Assembly: GCA_964247055.1 (NCBI GenBank)
Contig: OZ176053.1
Span: forward strand, 6,634,001 to 6,698,000
DNA length: 64,000 bases
DNA from: Paragordius varius
Taxonomy: Eukaryota > Animalia > Nematomorpha
Direction: 5' to 3'
Position numbers and translations under genes: made by a program. Below are positions 23,131-36,699 of the stretch, in pieces. The first letter of the stretch is position 1. Every line of letters begins with the position of its first letter. The notes beneath the pieces were generated by a model, which ran no database searches, was not told the DNA's origin, and saw only the letters and a list, made by a program, of their open reading frames with translations.

Positions 23131-23699
23131 AAAGTTTTACAATGTAGTTTTTTCGAAATAACACCTATAATTTTGTTGATAATATTTATCAGGATTATTT
23201 CGGTTTTAAGAGATTGAAAAAAATAAATCTACATTTTTACGAATTCTATAACATCTTCTGATTCATAGTAAATTTATACAAGATATTATACTGTCGGAAT
23301 AGAAATTCCGGTATGAGTCTTTCCGAAAGATTTGATGATCTATTATTCTACGGATTGTTATTTTTATAATAATAATTTTACAAGTTAAAAAATATTTATT
23401 GTAAAATTATATTTTTAAGAAGCCATGTGCTAGAGGATTTGAAATCGAAATAAAAAGTATATAAGGTATTAGGCGGATTATCAAAATATGCTTTCTTTAG
23501 CCTTAGGTATGCAAAAAAAACTTAAACATGTAAAATTGTAAAAAATTCTTAAACTAATTTTCCTGTTTTTTTCTTTTAATATTTAATACAATTTACAAAT
23601 AACTATATTATACTGGAAAATGTATATTTAACTTTATGATCAATTCCGTAAAATACGAATTGAATAGCAATATAATGTGACATAAGCAAAAAGACTTGA

Positions 23700-24170
23700 C
23701 TTAAGTGTTTTTTTTCACCAAACTCTAAGTGTACTCTTACGGGCTGTAAACTTGTTCAACATGCCACGGTTGACTTAGAATTTAGATACGACTTTTTTAT
23801 CACCCCTTCACAAAATTTTGCCAACATTTATTATAGAAGTGTGCATTTTTTAAAAATATTTTTCATTGATATAGAAAACTACCATATATTCAAGTTTTAT
23901 ATCGCCAAACTCGTTATTTTTGAGTTTTTTAAGAGAACTAGCCCATTTTAGCCTAAATTGGAAATTTCGAAGCCGACATACAAAGATTAAAATTCTAAAT
24001 TATTTTGCTAATATGTGGTTTATAATATATTAAAGTGATATTTTTGAAATAAAGTAGCTTTGCCAAAAATTTTTGTTTAACATATGCGTAAATTTCGCGC
24101 TTTTCTGATATGGAGCACAATAAGAGATAAATTTATGGTATCAATAATAAGGGACAAAACCAAAAGTACC
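23700..24170. repeat. Fragment of a palindromic AT-rich repeat family also at about 48000-48865 plus 53541-53745, 58680-59430 and 60010-60830
   Basis: aagagaactagcccatttta (about 23931) is the reverse complement of taaaatgggctagttctctt (about 58852). Shared words include aaatcgcaaaattagc (48097, 58697) and ttattccaaaaaat. Boundaries are approximate. Confidence 0.6.
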
Positions 24171-24204
24171 ATAATAACTGATACATTTTCTTATCGTATA
24201 TTTA

Positions 24205-25880
24205 CTAGCTGACTCTGTCACGCTTCGCTGTGACGTAGTCTCATCGATAATTATTATTAATATTAAATAGAGGCAATGGAGATAAAAAATAATAAAAAAC
24301 ATATTCAATATAGAGATTGTCTAATTATTCTTTTACGGGTTTTTGCATAGGCTCAAATATTGTTTACTCGAAATTGACCACATTTAAACTGTATTAAAGT
24401 TAATATTCAACTATCATTGGATATATTTTAAGATTTTCGTTTTACGAAATCATGGTTAAAAGTTTTATTTTGAAAATGTGTTCACACAGCTGGGATCAAG
24501 GGAATAAAAAATAATTTTTGGTCATTTTTTAAAGAAAAAAATATTATACAAATTTCCCAGAAATGTGTTTAACTGAACTCGTATGGCTTCTGAAGTTTTG
24601 TGAAAATTAGCTCCAAAACCACGTTATTTTTGTATGGCGTCTCGGTTTCAAACCGGTAGACCCCTGGCCATAGGCCTATATGGAAAAGCGCTAAGTAATA
24701 TTTTTTGCCTATAGGGAAAATATTTGGAATCATCTTGATACCATCGTCTCATGGCCATTCGCAAAAATACCTCACCACTAAATAATCGTTAAATGATGGT
24801 GTATTTTAGGGCATAAAGGCCTCAAATTAACGGCCAATAAAAAAACGCCTGATCTTTTTTACCTAGTTACGGATAATATTTCCAGCTTTTAATGAGCTTA
24901 GATGGCTTCATAAGTTTTCTGTAAATTAGGTCCAAAAAAACGCAATTTCTATATAGTGGCCCAGTTTTTGCTACCCCAGCAGGTATAATTTTTCCGGGTA
25001 GTATTTCAGCCTTATCAAACTTATGTGGTCTGATAGGTTTTCTGAAAAAATCCTAAACAACGCACTTTCAATATGGTGGCGCAGTTTTAGGCGGGTAGCT
25101 CCCTACCCAGAGATACAAAAAGAACGCTTGATTAAAATTTTTGCCTTTTACGGAGAATACCTGGAATCATGATTGATTCCATATGTTCTCATTAGTTTTT
25201 GGAAATATTGCCTCAAAACTAAAAAATCTTTCTATGGTGGCGCATCTTTCAGGGCGTGAAGCTAATTAGCGGCTAATCGAAAACCGAACGACTTGCCTTG
25301 TTACAGAAAATATTTTAAGCACCCATTGAACTCATTGGCTTGAAAGCTTTTCTGAAATTTAGTTACCAAAGGCGCATCATTTCGTTGTGATGGGGCAGTT
25401 TTTAGCGGGTATCTTCCTTACACAGCAGCTAATATAAAAAAACGCACAACTAAAATTTTTGCCTTTTAGCAGGGAATAACTGTAATCCTTTCGAATTTAT
25501 ACGGTCTCATACCTTGGGCGAAAAATAGATTCAAACAATTATTTTTGTGAACTTTTTTTTGAAAAATATGGCATTTTACGGGGAGAGCTGGTTAAAAGAG
25601 GGCCAAAATTAGATAAGCGAGCTAACTATGTACGGCGCAATCGAAAAAAAGTAAAAAGGATCATATTTAAAATCGATTAACACATTTTCAGGAGTCTCAA
25701 AGACACGATTTTTCTGGAATTGTCTTATAAAAAACCCCGTTTTTTACAGGGGGTGGGCGTGAACTGGGGGTCTAGTTCAAAAAAGAACGAAGCCATTGTG
25801 GAAGCGTTCATTAATTATGGGTCTACCGGTTCCGGTAACAGATCATAAAGCCACTACTTTCCATTTTAATAAATCTATGA
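24205..25880 (-). mobile_element. Non-autonomous Helitron with internal diverged tandem repeats
   Basis: Minus strand A|TC...CTAG|T (CTAG at 24205-08, TC at 25880). Hairpin gtcacgc-ttc-gctgtgac at 24217-24234. 25400-25880 is homologous to 31815-32344. Confidence 0.72.
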
Positions 25881-26071
25881 TTATCAGAATCCCCGATTAA
25901 CACTGTGTAATATATATAGTTATTTTCTTGGAAATTTTTTAAATCTTTTTGTATATGTTTTTTGGTTATTGTTGGTTTTTGTCATATGAATTACATCTCA
26001 TGGTTTACCAATTCTTAATCTTAAAAATCAATACAGCATTATTTATATTTTTTGTTTAAATAAACCATCAT

Positions 26072-29000
26072 ATGCCGAGCGAAAACGGTACATCCGAGGA
26101 ATGCGTTGAGTTAAATCGTAGAGAAACATACAATGGATATAAAGAAGATATTGACGAACAACTAACAGATGTTTTATGTGATGTTCCTTCCAAAGGTGTA
26201 TCTTTCCTGAAACCGTGGTTGCCTATAACGTCGCCAGGATATATTCAAGTAGTCTTTTATGGATTTTAATTTGGCTTTAATTATTGTTAAAATTATATAT
26301 TTGTTACCCATAATTTCAAAGCAGATTATTGATAAATTTTAATTTACATTTTATTTAGGAATATAAAATTGAAACACCTTATGGATGCTCCTTGAATGTA
26401 GCTGTTCAGGGAGATCGAAATAAGCCGGCAATATTGACCTACCACGATATCGGATTAAACCGTAATTTTTTGCATATGAATTTATATTTTTTAAATAAAA
26501 ATTCAATTAATCACGTAATTTTATATTTGTTTAGCATGTATGAAAAAGATGTTGTTTTTTCTTTGCCATAAGTAATTTGTAAAATTTCAATATAAAACCA
26601 CCAATGTATGAATAAAATAGCAATATAATTAAAAAATGAAAAGAACATATATTTTATAGTCTATCTAAATATTATTTTATAAGGGTTGACATTAATTAAA
26701 TAACTTCATTTATCTTGTAACATTAATAAATAAATTTAAAGTTATATGTTTGTTTTAAGACTTTGATTTGAAAATTCAACAAAACATTTATTAAGATTTT
26801 ACGCATGATAATTTGTTTAAGGCTTTTACATTATTAAAAAATTTCACCTTTTTTATGTAATTTTAATACTGCTCCTATTCATCATCAACTCTAAGTTAAA
26901 TTTACCAGCTTTTTAAATTATCTATTTTCTAAGCTTTATATTAATGCTCTATTTTTAGACGTAAGTCAATTCCAACACTTTTTTTCGTACCAAGATATGA
27001 GTATAATGTGCAAACATTTTTGTGTTTACCATATCGATGCACCCGGACAAGAGGAAAATGCGGGACTTATCTCATATCAGTAAGTAATTTGTTTAAGAAA
27101 TTTCTTTGTGTCAGTCACTTTTTTTTATTATTTTTCTTTCAAGTTTGCTTTCTTTATCAAAGAGAATGTTTATGAAAATTTTTGATTTCAATATATATAT
27201 TTTGTATATTTGGATGAATGGATAATTATTACTATCACACATTAATCTGTCTGCATTTGTCACAAGATTTTGGCATATATTATATGCACTCTCAACGAAA
27301 TTCACAAAAAAGAAATATATTTTTTTCGGAAATTTAATTATAAACAAAATTAATTCTCTGTTTTTTTCATCTAAACTTTATTACAGAATGTGGTTTATTT
27401 AATGATAAAACTAAGTGACTTATTAAATGACGATAAAAGAAGTTGCCGCTTTACTCTAATTTAATGAATATATTATGTTTATACAAAAAGTTTTACGTGA
27501 AAAGTTTAGTTTAATGATAAACATTGTCTAAAATATTTAAATGCTTGCAATTGCAAAGCGGAATAAAAAAATTAGAATATTTCACAAATAAAAAAACCGA
27601 AAAATAAAGTTACATTTTTTTGTTTCATTAACATGAAAATTTTATGTTTTGGATCGAAATTGGATGTAAATTAGAAATCAAATTACTTTTTATGATATTT
27701 AGATCCTGTAGTATTGGTAATAATGTACATTTATTTAACCATCACAGTACATATCGAATGGAAGATATCTATTAAAAAAATTTTTAACCAAATTATTTTA
27801 CGACTGTAATGCCCGAAAATGCACATTTTTTTAGTTAACTAAAACTCTTTAATTGTCCTATTTTCAAGCTATCACTTTGAGGTATTTGCATAAAAAACAA
27901 TTTATTTTAAATAATCCTTAAAATATATACTTTCTATATGGGTGATCGATGAATTCTATCACTATATAGTTTTAACGGTTTAAATAGAAAGCCATGCATT
28001 CTTTGGTATTACAAATGTAAAATTATTTCAGTAAATGAATTTTATATATAATATTACAGTCATGTATCCTTTATTTTATCAGAAATTTATTTTCTTTCGT
28101 TAAATGGGTATAAATATTTGTTAAAGAATGGAAAAAACAAGAGGTATTAACAATATCATATTCATCAAAAAAGTATAAGAATACTACCATAAAGCTCTTG
28201 TTTTTTCCATTTTTTACCAAATATTTATACCAACCCATTTAACGAAAAAAAATAAATTTTTGATAAAATAACTGTATATGTATATATATAAAGTCCAAAA
28301 TGTTGCATCCTTCCAACATCTCCTTCACCACAAACAAATGATGATTCTTTACCCACAAACAACAATGGTAACGGAGGAGAAATGCAATCGATGAATGAAG
28401 TCTTATCAGATAATACTTTCATTAACGATAGGGACGAGCAAATGATAGCAAAAGATTCGGGTCAAAAATCAACGGATCAAATTAAATTGATTGAAAGTGG
28501 ACAGCCTAGCCCTGGTCAAAGTTGTAAAACTGCTCAGGGTACAACATAGATATAATTTTTTTTACATTTTTGGCCAAAAAAAGCATAAAAGTTTTACACC
28601 GGAATCGGAACCAAAGTTGGTATACCGGTTTCAGCTGGTATTTTTGTCTCTCGTTTGCGGTTTAATTCAATGTTTTAAACAGCGATTTTGGAGAGATAGA
28701 TTGTTATTTACGTTACTATTTACCTATAATTAGAGAAAAGTAATTAAAAACACAAAGGTATAAATGTTTAATTTTTTGTTATTATTGAAAAAATTCAAAT
28801 GTACCTGTAATAAATATAGAATATAAATTAATTATTTTTAAAGAGATAAAACTTTAGGTTTTTTGGTTTTGTAACAATGGAATCTTTTTTTGTTTTTTTA
28901 ATTTAAAAAGGTTCGTTTTCGATCCCTAGTTTGAGTTTGTTACCTACATCACACCAGTCAGGCTAATATTTCCATAAAAATTTGGCATTGGTAAACATTA

Positions 29001-32000
29001 ATAAGCACAAAGTCGCATATATTATTTAATTTTTTGATTAAAATGCGGAAATTAATTATAACAAAAATATTTAAAATTTTGTAAACACCCTCAATATTAT
29101 GTTTTATAATTAATATTTAGATGGCGGAAGAACTGGCCAAGGAGTAAAAAAATCAATTTCCAATTTCGGTGCTAAAAACAGAGGTTTACTTTTATATTAC
29201 ATTTTCAAATAAAATATTGGATTGCAAAATTATTTATCTTTGAATGACATTTATGTATAAAATTTAAAAACAATTTATAAAATGAATAAACTATAGATAG
29301 TACACATTTAAAGTTAATACTTTACAACACACCAATTATAAAAAATCTTTTTTAATATATTAACTTGTATTCGCCATATTTTTTTGGTCTTGTGATAAAT
29401 ATCATTGAAAAAATAATAATTTGATAGTTTTATAAAGATTTCGTCATGTGTTTTTTTTCCTAATTTTATGGATTAATTAACAAATTTTTTGTAAACCGTT
29501 GTTATGTTTAAAATATTTAAAATTTAAACAATCTTTTGACTTAATTATATATTATTCATTTTTTTATCTCAATGCAAATTTTGCTATGATTTTAAATTTA
29601 TTACGTTTTTAGTTTATCGCAAGAGTTTTTTTAAAATCAAATAAAATCCATGTGGTGTATTATAATATATTAAGGCACAGAAATATTAATATAGAATTTG
29701 CCATAAAACATTTTTTTATTTTTAAGGCAATAATAATTATTCTATGGTCACAATAAATATCAAGTTTAATTGTATTTTCTTTATTGAATCGTTATTTGAG
29801 TTTCAAATTACTTTATGTAAACAAAATATAAACATTCCTAATCAAAAAATTTAATATTGCATCACAAAGTGGATGTAAAATATTTTATATGGTAAGGAGC
29901 GTGTTTTGTAGACATGGCAAAATAGCTTGCTTACAGCCGACTAAAAAATATTATTTAAATTTATACTGTGATAATTAAAACATTTGTTTTAAACTAATTT
30001 TGAAATTATTTGTATAGCAAAAATATATGAATAGCATAAAATTTTGATCAAAGTGTATTTAAAACAAAGTGGGAAATATTAATTTATATTAATGATTTAC
30101 AGTATGCATTTTAATGGTTGCTTATTTTACACTATAGTTGGGAAATTTGCACCACAAGAGTGTATGGAAAAAAGAAAGGAAATGTTGTTTTTTCCATACA
30201 CTACTGTGTTACAAATAGCCCTACTATAGTGTGAAATATGCAACATTAAAATGCATACTGAATATAATAAATTATTTATCGCATAACGAAAATGGGTTTA
30301 TTTATATGTTCTGTCACATATATGGAAACTTGAGTGTTATCAAATTTATATTTAATTAATAATAACGCGCCTTAACAAATTCTAGATTATGAAAACGGTA
30401 ATTCCATTGCATCAAGATCGGCATCTCTAAGCACATCATCTGTTGGTTCCTTATTCAGTTCTCTGTGGAATTCATTTGGTACCAATCAAAACACCAACAA
30501 TACTATAAACTCAAAGTAATTTTTTACTATTTTTTGGTTTTTAATGTATTTATGGGAAACATGACTTATAGTCAGCTTTGATAACTAGCTATACAATTAA
30601 TGAAATTTTTAATTTTTTATCAAATGAGTTTGACTTTACTAACATAACTAAAACCGATTTCCTTTAATTCATATATTTTATATTAATTGACTGACTGATT
30701 ATGATTACAATTGACCTTTTATATTTATAAAAGGTCATATTGCTTATTAAGTCTAGATATTATATATAACTACACTTTATAATGATACTTTAGTTCAACT
30801 GTATGTGCTTACCCAACCATGGATGAATTGGCCGATATGATTACGTGTGTCATCAAACGTTTCAAGTAAAATATATATTAAAACATATTTACAAAGTGCT
30901 AATTTATATTATTTGCATGTTAGATATTGCAGTTAATATTCCTGCTAAAAACCAATGATAATTCTCTTTGCTTAACATATTATTTAGTTAAATTAGAGTA
31001 TTTTTATACATAAATATTGGTCTCATTTGTTGTCATTGCTTTTGCATCATGATAGGCAATGTGGAGCTTTAGGCATACATTTATTTAAATTAATCGGCTT
31101 AAATTTAATATAAGCTTAGGTTTCAAAGTTTGTTGGACAATTTTAAATAAAAATGATTTCAGCACAACTTTTTAATTCATAAAATGTTGGGTATGGTTTT
31201 TAAAAATTATTTTAAGCTAATTACTTGGGCAAATTGAGTATGATGGCCATTATTCACATATCTTTTATAGGTAGAAAAATCACCTACTATTGAATAAAAT
31301 TTATAAATATATATATACTAGCGTGAATCTCGTGCTGCTACGCAGCCCGAGGAAGTCCTTCGGACTTTGGGGGGGAGGGGGAGTTCGAAGTTTGGATTTG
31401 AATGGGTCTACCGGTTTTCCTGTACCAGATCACAAAGCCAGCATTTTCCATTTTTATAAATATATAGATTACCATAAATAATGTATTAATATCCATATAT
31501 CTTTTAAAATGGCATTTTACGGGGGTAGCGGGTAAAAAGAGGACCTAAATCAAAAAAGTGACTCGACTATGTTCAGCGCGATCAAAAATAAGTAAACAAA
31601 ATTCATATTTGAAATTGAATGGTCCAACTCGTTCTCAAAAAAATTGACTTAACCCATTTTTCACACGGGGTGGGCCCGAACTGGGGACCTAATTCCAAAA
31701 AAGGGCGAAGCTATTGTCGGGGCATTCATTAATGATTATATTTTTTTGATATTTGGATTTGATTGGGTTCACCGGTTTTCCGGAAACAGATCACAAAGTT
31801 ATATGAAAAATCAGTTTTTAGCGGGTAGCTCCTTACCCAGCAGCTATCATTAAATAAACGGTGGACTAAAATTTTTGCCTTTTAACAGGGAATACGTGGA
31901 ATCTTTATTGAATTTTTACGGTCTCATACCTAGGGCGAAAAATCGATTTGGAAAATTATTTTTGTGAACTTCGTTTTTTGAAAAAAATGGCATTTTACGG

Positions 32001-34127
32001 GGGGAGCGGGTAAAAAGTGGGCCTAAATCAAAAAAGTGACTCGACTATGTTCGGCGCAATCGAAAATAAGTAAACAAAAATCATATTTGAAATTGAATGG
32101 TCCAACACGTTCTCCGGAAAATTGTCTCAAAAACACGATTTTGTGGACTTCTGTTTTTTTTAAAAAAAACGTTTTTCATACGGGGTGGGCCCGAACTGGG
32201 GGCCTATTTCAAAAAAAGCGCGAAGCTATTGTCGGGACATTTATTAATGATTATATTTTTTCGACATTTGGATTCTATTGGGTCTACCGGTTTTCCTGTA
32301 CCAGATCACAAAGCCAGCATTTTCCATTTTTATAAATATATAGATTTTCACATTATATACAGAAATTCAATTTTTTCAAAACACCCACATATAATTAGTT
32401 ATATTTTCACAACTTTAAATGCTAGGCTAATTGTTCTTTACCTTATGGTGTGAAGATTTTTTTTCTTTATCATCTGCAAAATTAATTTAAACTAAAAATA
32501 TCCAAATCTTGTTAATACTTCTGTAAATTAGTGAAATTTATACCCATGATTCCATTGTATAATTTTAACATTTTTTAATTTTTTGGAAACCGCTCCTCTA
32601 TAGGCTTACATTAATTATTCATTCCAAATTTAACCTTTGATTGTGTTTTTACCAATTTTATGTTGAACTTCCAATTATAAATCCATCTTTGTCTAAATGT
32701 ATTAAATTTATGACAAACAACAAATTAAATCCAGATTTTATTAGTATTGAAGCAAATTAATTAATCTTCAAAGACGGTGTTTATTTCTATAATATAAATG
32801 TCCTAATTATTTCTTTATACTTAGATAGGTGGAATATTTTTACTTAAAGGCTTATATATGAATGCCGTTTTTTATTTTGATACGAATTCTAAAATAATTT
32901 TTTTATACAATTACAGTATTGCTAGCTTTGTTGGATTTGGAGTTGGTGCCGGAGCCAATATTCTTTCACGATATGCGGTATGGAATTTCTTTAGTTTGTC
33001 ATTTATTGTTATAAAAACAGAAAACTTTAATCTTAAATGAAATAATCCCTGTATAATTAATTTAATTTTGCTAGCTTTTAATACTTCCAACTCTTTTTTT
33101 CAATGGCTGATTGTAATAATGCTAGATAAAAATAATTGAAGTATAAAAAAATTGAAATAGAAATTATATTTAAATTTTTTTATTAGTCATTGACAAAATT
33201 ACTTTAATAAAGTAAAAAAATGGTGATTTTTAATATTCAGTTTGTTATTTTTAGAGTCATGTATCCTTTATTTTTTCAAAAATTTATTTTTTTTGTTTAA
33301 TGGATATAAATATTTGGTAAAGAATGGAAAAAACAAGAGCTCTCTGCTATTTCCTATACTTTTTGGATGAATATGATATTGTTACTCTTGTATTATACCC
33401 GAATAACAAAAGAAAATAAATTTTTGATAAAATAAAGGATTCATGACTATAATACACACCATTAAATTTCTTAAATATTTTTAGATAAATTCTACCATAT
33501 ATTTTCGTTTGACAATTAGTTAAAAAATCCGAATCGAGTTGAAGCCCTGTTTCTCCTTAATGCAAATTGTAATGCTGCTGGTTGGTCTGAATGGGGTTAC
33601 CAAAAGCTGAACACTTTTTACTTGCGAAAAAATTCTTTGACAAATTTCACTCATGAATACCTTTTGTGGCATCATTTTGGAAAGGTTTTATATACCCAGT
33701 AATTATATGGACAAAACGTAAATAAATATAAAGACAAACATACTTTTTTGAACATTAATTTTTGCCTTCTAAATTATTTAGTTAAAATTTTAAAATGCAT
33801 AATTGGTCGTGTTACCAATACATATCTCTATTTTAAACTTTGCAGTTTCAAACTATGATTTTTAATCATTATAAATTAAAATTTAAAAAGTATCATTGTT
33901 TTTTAGAAAAAAATATTTGTCGTTAAAGATTGACGTTTCGTATAATATCTTTTTTACTGTAATTTTGGTGCTAATGTTTGATAATAGGATAATTAATTTT
34001 TGTATACCATAATAATCTTTAGATGACACCAGAAAAAAATTCTGATCTTATCAATGCGTTTCGGGAATATTTTATGTCGCATATTAACAATCAAAATTTG
34101 GCCGGTTTCATCGATAGTTATGTAAAG

Positions 34128-34164
<37 letters not shown>

Positions 34165-36464
34165 TTTTAATAATATCAAAATACATTAAAATGAATACAA
34201 AATCTAATTATTATGTTAATGTCTGGCATTAATTTATCAATTGGTTTTTATTTTTTTTATCATCCAATCAATCCATCTTTTGTTTTTATAATAAATGATT
34301 GCATAATTTTTATTGTTTAGACGTTCAGATTTAAGTCTCACAAGAACAATTGGACCTGATTATTTGGTATCCAAGGATGGGAACAGAAAAACTCCTCTAA
34401 AAAATTTTGAGTATTTTTTTCATTTATATTAAACTTTGTAAATTTGTACGAAATTGTGCCGTTAGAACTAAGTCATCTAAAAATGTCTTAGTATCGTTTT
34501 TTATTTTTTATAGTATAAAATTTAACTTATTTTTGCATTTATAGTTGTCAAGTTATGATTATTGTGGGCAATGAATCTCCGCATTTGGAAGATTGTGAAA
34601 ATATGTTTTCCACTTTGGAGCCAAATAATTCAGCATGGCTTAAAGTATACATATTTACACTTTTTCATTATTAATCCTATGTAATTATGTGAGTTTTTTA
34701 CGATAGGTTTTTTACTAAATTGACTTTTTTAGTATAAAATTGTCACATTGGTTAACAAAAGAAAACTGAGAAAATTTTAATATAATATGAAGTCATAATT
34801 TGAACATATATTTAAAATTTACTCTATATGCTGGTTTAAATTACTTTTTGAGTTTTTTCATAAATAATTTTGTATATGGTTTATATAATTACAATTTTAA
34901 TATCCATTATTTCGTAAATTTTTCTTATTAATACCTTTTAATATTTATTGATTTTAGGTTTCGAATTGTGGTGGTATGGTTTTGGAGGAGAAGCCAGATA
35001 AAGTTGCTGAAGCATTTAGATTATTTCTGCAAGGGCTAGGATACAGTATGTTCATATATTTTAAATGATTAAAAATTTGTTATAAGTCAAACAAAATATA
35101 AATTTAGGAAAAATATATTTGTTTGATACCGACTGCCTTAATTTATTAGGCCACTAAAATTTGCAAACTCAGAAAGATCACTTATACATTTTGACCTATA
35201 GGTTTTATTTTATAATTGGCCCCTTATATCTTATAATTAGATATGATTTTTTTAAATAACTCATTATTCTTCCAATTATCAAGTTCCTCATTTGAATCAA
35301 GAAGCTATTAATCACACAAAACGGAATGAATTTGCAAAGTATCGCTCCTTGTCAACTAATACACATAACCTAACGCCCAATATTAGTTGTGCAAATCCGT
35401 TGGCTTATCGTAATTCGGTTCATGCTAACACGATTCATTTAACCGGCGGAAACGCTGGTAAAGTTTCAGCAAAGGCTATGACCCTTCCACCTATAGAAAC
35501 TCTCGGCTCACAAAGTAAATTTTTTTTATAATAATAATAATAAAGAATGAAAATGGACTAATAGGACTTGGTATAATATAATCAAATATTAATTGATTAG
35601 ATCAGGGGTGTCCAGCCGCGGTCCTCCCATATGTGCGACCCGGAAAAAAATCCGAAATCCATATTTTCTAACATATGTTCACAAAATCGTATTATAGTCG
35701 ATCTAATCGGCAAAGAACTAAAAAATTGTTATATTGCGTTGGCATTTTACAGTCTTATGTTTGAAATATAAATATATTTAAAATGCGGCCCGCTCGGTTT
35801 TGAGTCATAAATGCAGCCCGCAAAGCCATTTGTCTTCGACACTCTTGAACTAGTTGATTGTTAGCACTCAACAGTATGACACAAATATTTGACAGGTAAT
35901 TTTTTACATATAAATATATCCAACTTTGTATTCCCATTAATTTTCAATTTAATTTGATAACATCTTTTCAGGTCATTTTACGGTTTGAGTTATTAGAAAA
36001 GGGGTGGACAAAACATAAACAATCAGTGTTTTTAATAAAATATCAATTTGCTATAATTATCATTATTTACCATATAAATCACAGATATCCACCCATCATC
36101 TGTAAATGCAAACGATGCACAGCGATCAACAAACTTAGCTGGCGTTAGCAATAAGAAAAGTCAAATTCTTAAAGTAATTGACGTACCCGACCTGGTTTTA
36201 GAAGCAATTAATACGGCAAATCATCATCATGCGCAGATTAGGAAATCTCCTATGTCAGGGGATCAGAATATTACAGTTGCATCTTCAAATAATTCTCCCA
36301 TCACGACCTCATCCCCTAACAATTTACCACCTCCAAATGAAATGTTAAATAAAGACACTAAAAATATTTCCACTGATGAAAATCAAATAACAGATGATTT
36401 AGATATTACAGCTCTCCCGAACACTGATCAAGTTAGGTTGCTTTCACCCAATGCAATAGCCTAA
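26072..36464 (+). CDS. NDRG: NDRG-family (Ndr, inactive alpha/beta-hydrolase) protein, about 709 aa; exons 26072-26248, 26359-26461, 26959-27079, 28294-28538, 29121-29183, 30386-30515, 30794-30865, 32917-32977, 33520-33684, 34023-34126, 34321-34410, 34545-34644, 34958-35045, 35284-35514, 36085-36464
   Basis: EYKIETPYG...KPAILTYHDIGLNH, HFCVYHIDAPGQEE, YPTMDELADMI, VGFGVGAGANILSRYA, EYLLWHHFGK, NLAGFIDSY, CQVMIIVGNESPH, SNCGGMVLEEKPDKVAEAFRLFLQGLGY. Phase-consistent chain of 2130 nt. Exons 4-6 and the last two exons rest on phase and open frame only. Confidence 0.9.
28057..28271. mobile_element. Hairpin MITE (TA-flanked, Tc1/mariner-like), copy 1, in NDRG intron 3
   Basis: ta|cagtcatgtatcctttattttatcagaaatttattttctttcgttaaatggg with an inverted partner at 28235-28271; homologous to 33254-33449. 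Confidence 0.7.
31318..32344 (-). mobile_element. Composite non-autonomous Helitron in NDRG intron 7 (one 3' end, two 5' ends)
   Basis: CTAG at 31318-21 with hairpin ctcgtgctgc-tac-gcagcccgag at 31329-31351. An identical 5'-end block ends ...aaatatatagat at 31468 and at 32344. Internal 478-bp-period duplication (31509/31987). Confidence 0.8.
33254..33449. mobile_element. Hairpin MITE copy 2, in NDRG intron 8
   Basis: ta|gagtcatgtatcctttatttttt...aaaataaaggattcatgacta|ta, about 45-bp inverted arms. Confidence 0.75.
35603..35847. mobile_element. Charlie/hAT-type MITE in NDRG intron 14
   Basis: caggggtgtccagccgcggtcc...gcggcccg...ttcgacactcttg; flanks gattagat and aactagtt (5/8 match, TAG core). 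Confidence 0.65.
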
Positions 36465-36656
36465 ATTATTTTTGTGCATGTGTCCTTTTTATTAAATACA
36501 TCGGATATAAAGGCAATATTATTTGGTTAGTATTATTTTGGGAAACCGACACTCCATTGTTATATATATATATATATATGATTCTTTCCTATTTTGCAAC
36601 ATTTTCTATGGCTTTTATTTGACTTCAATATTCCAATTTTTGTTGCTTATACTTTT

Positions 36657-36699
<43 letters not shown>

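Noticed and set aside
31290-32453. ORFs 31290, 32036 and 32097
   Set aside because: They lie within the non-autonomous Helitron and have no Rep/helicase motifs.
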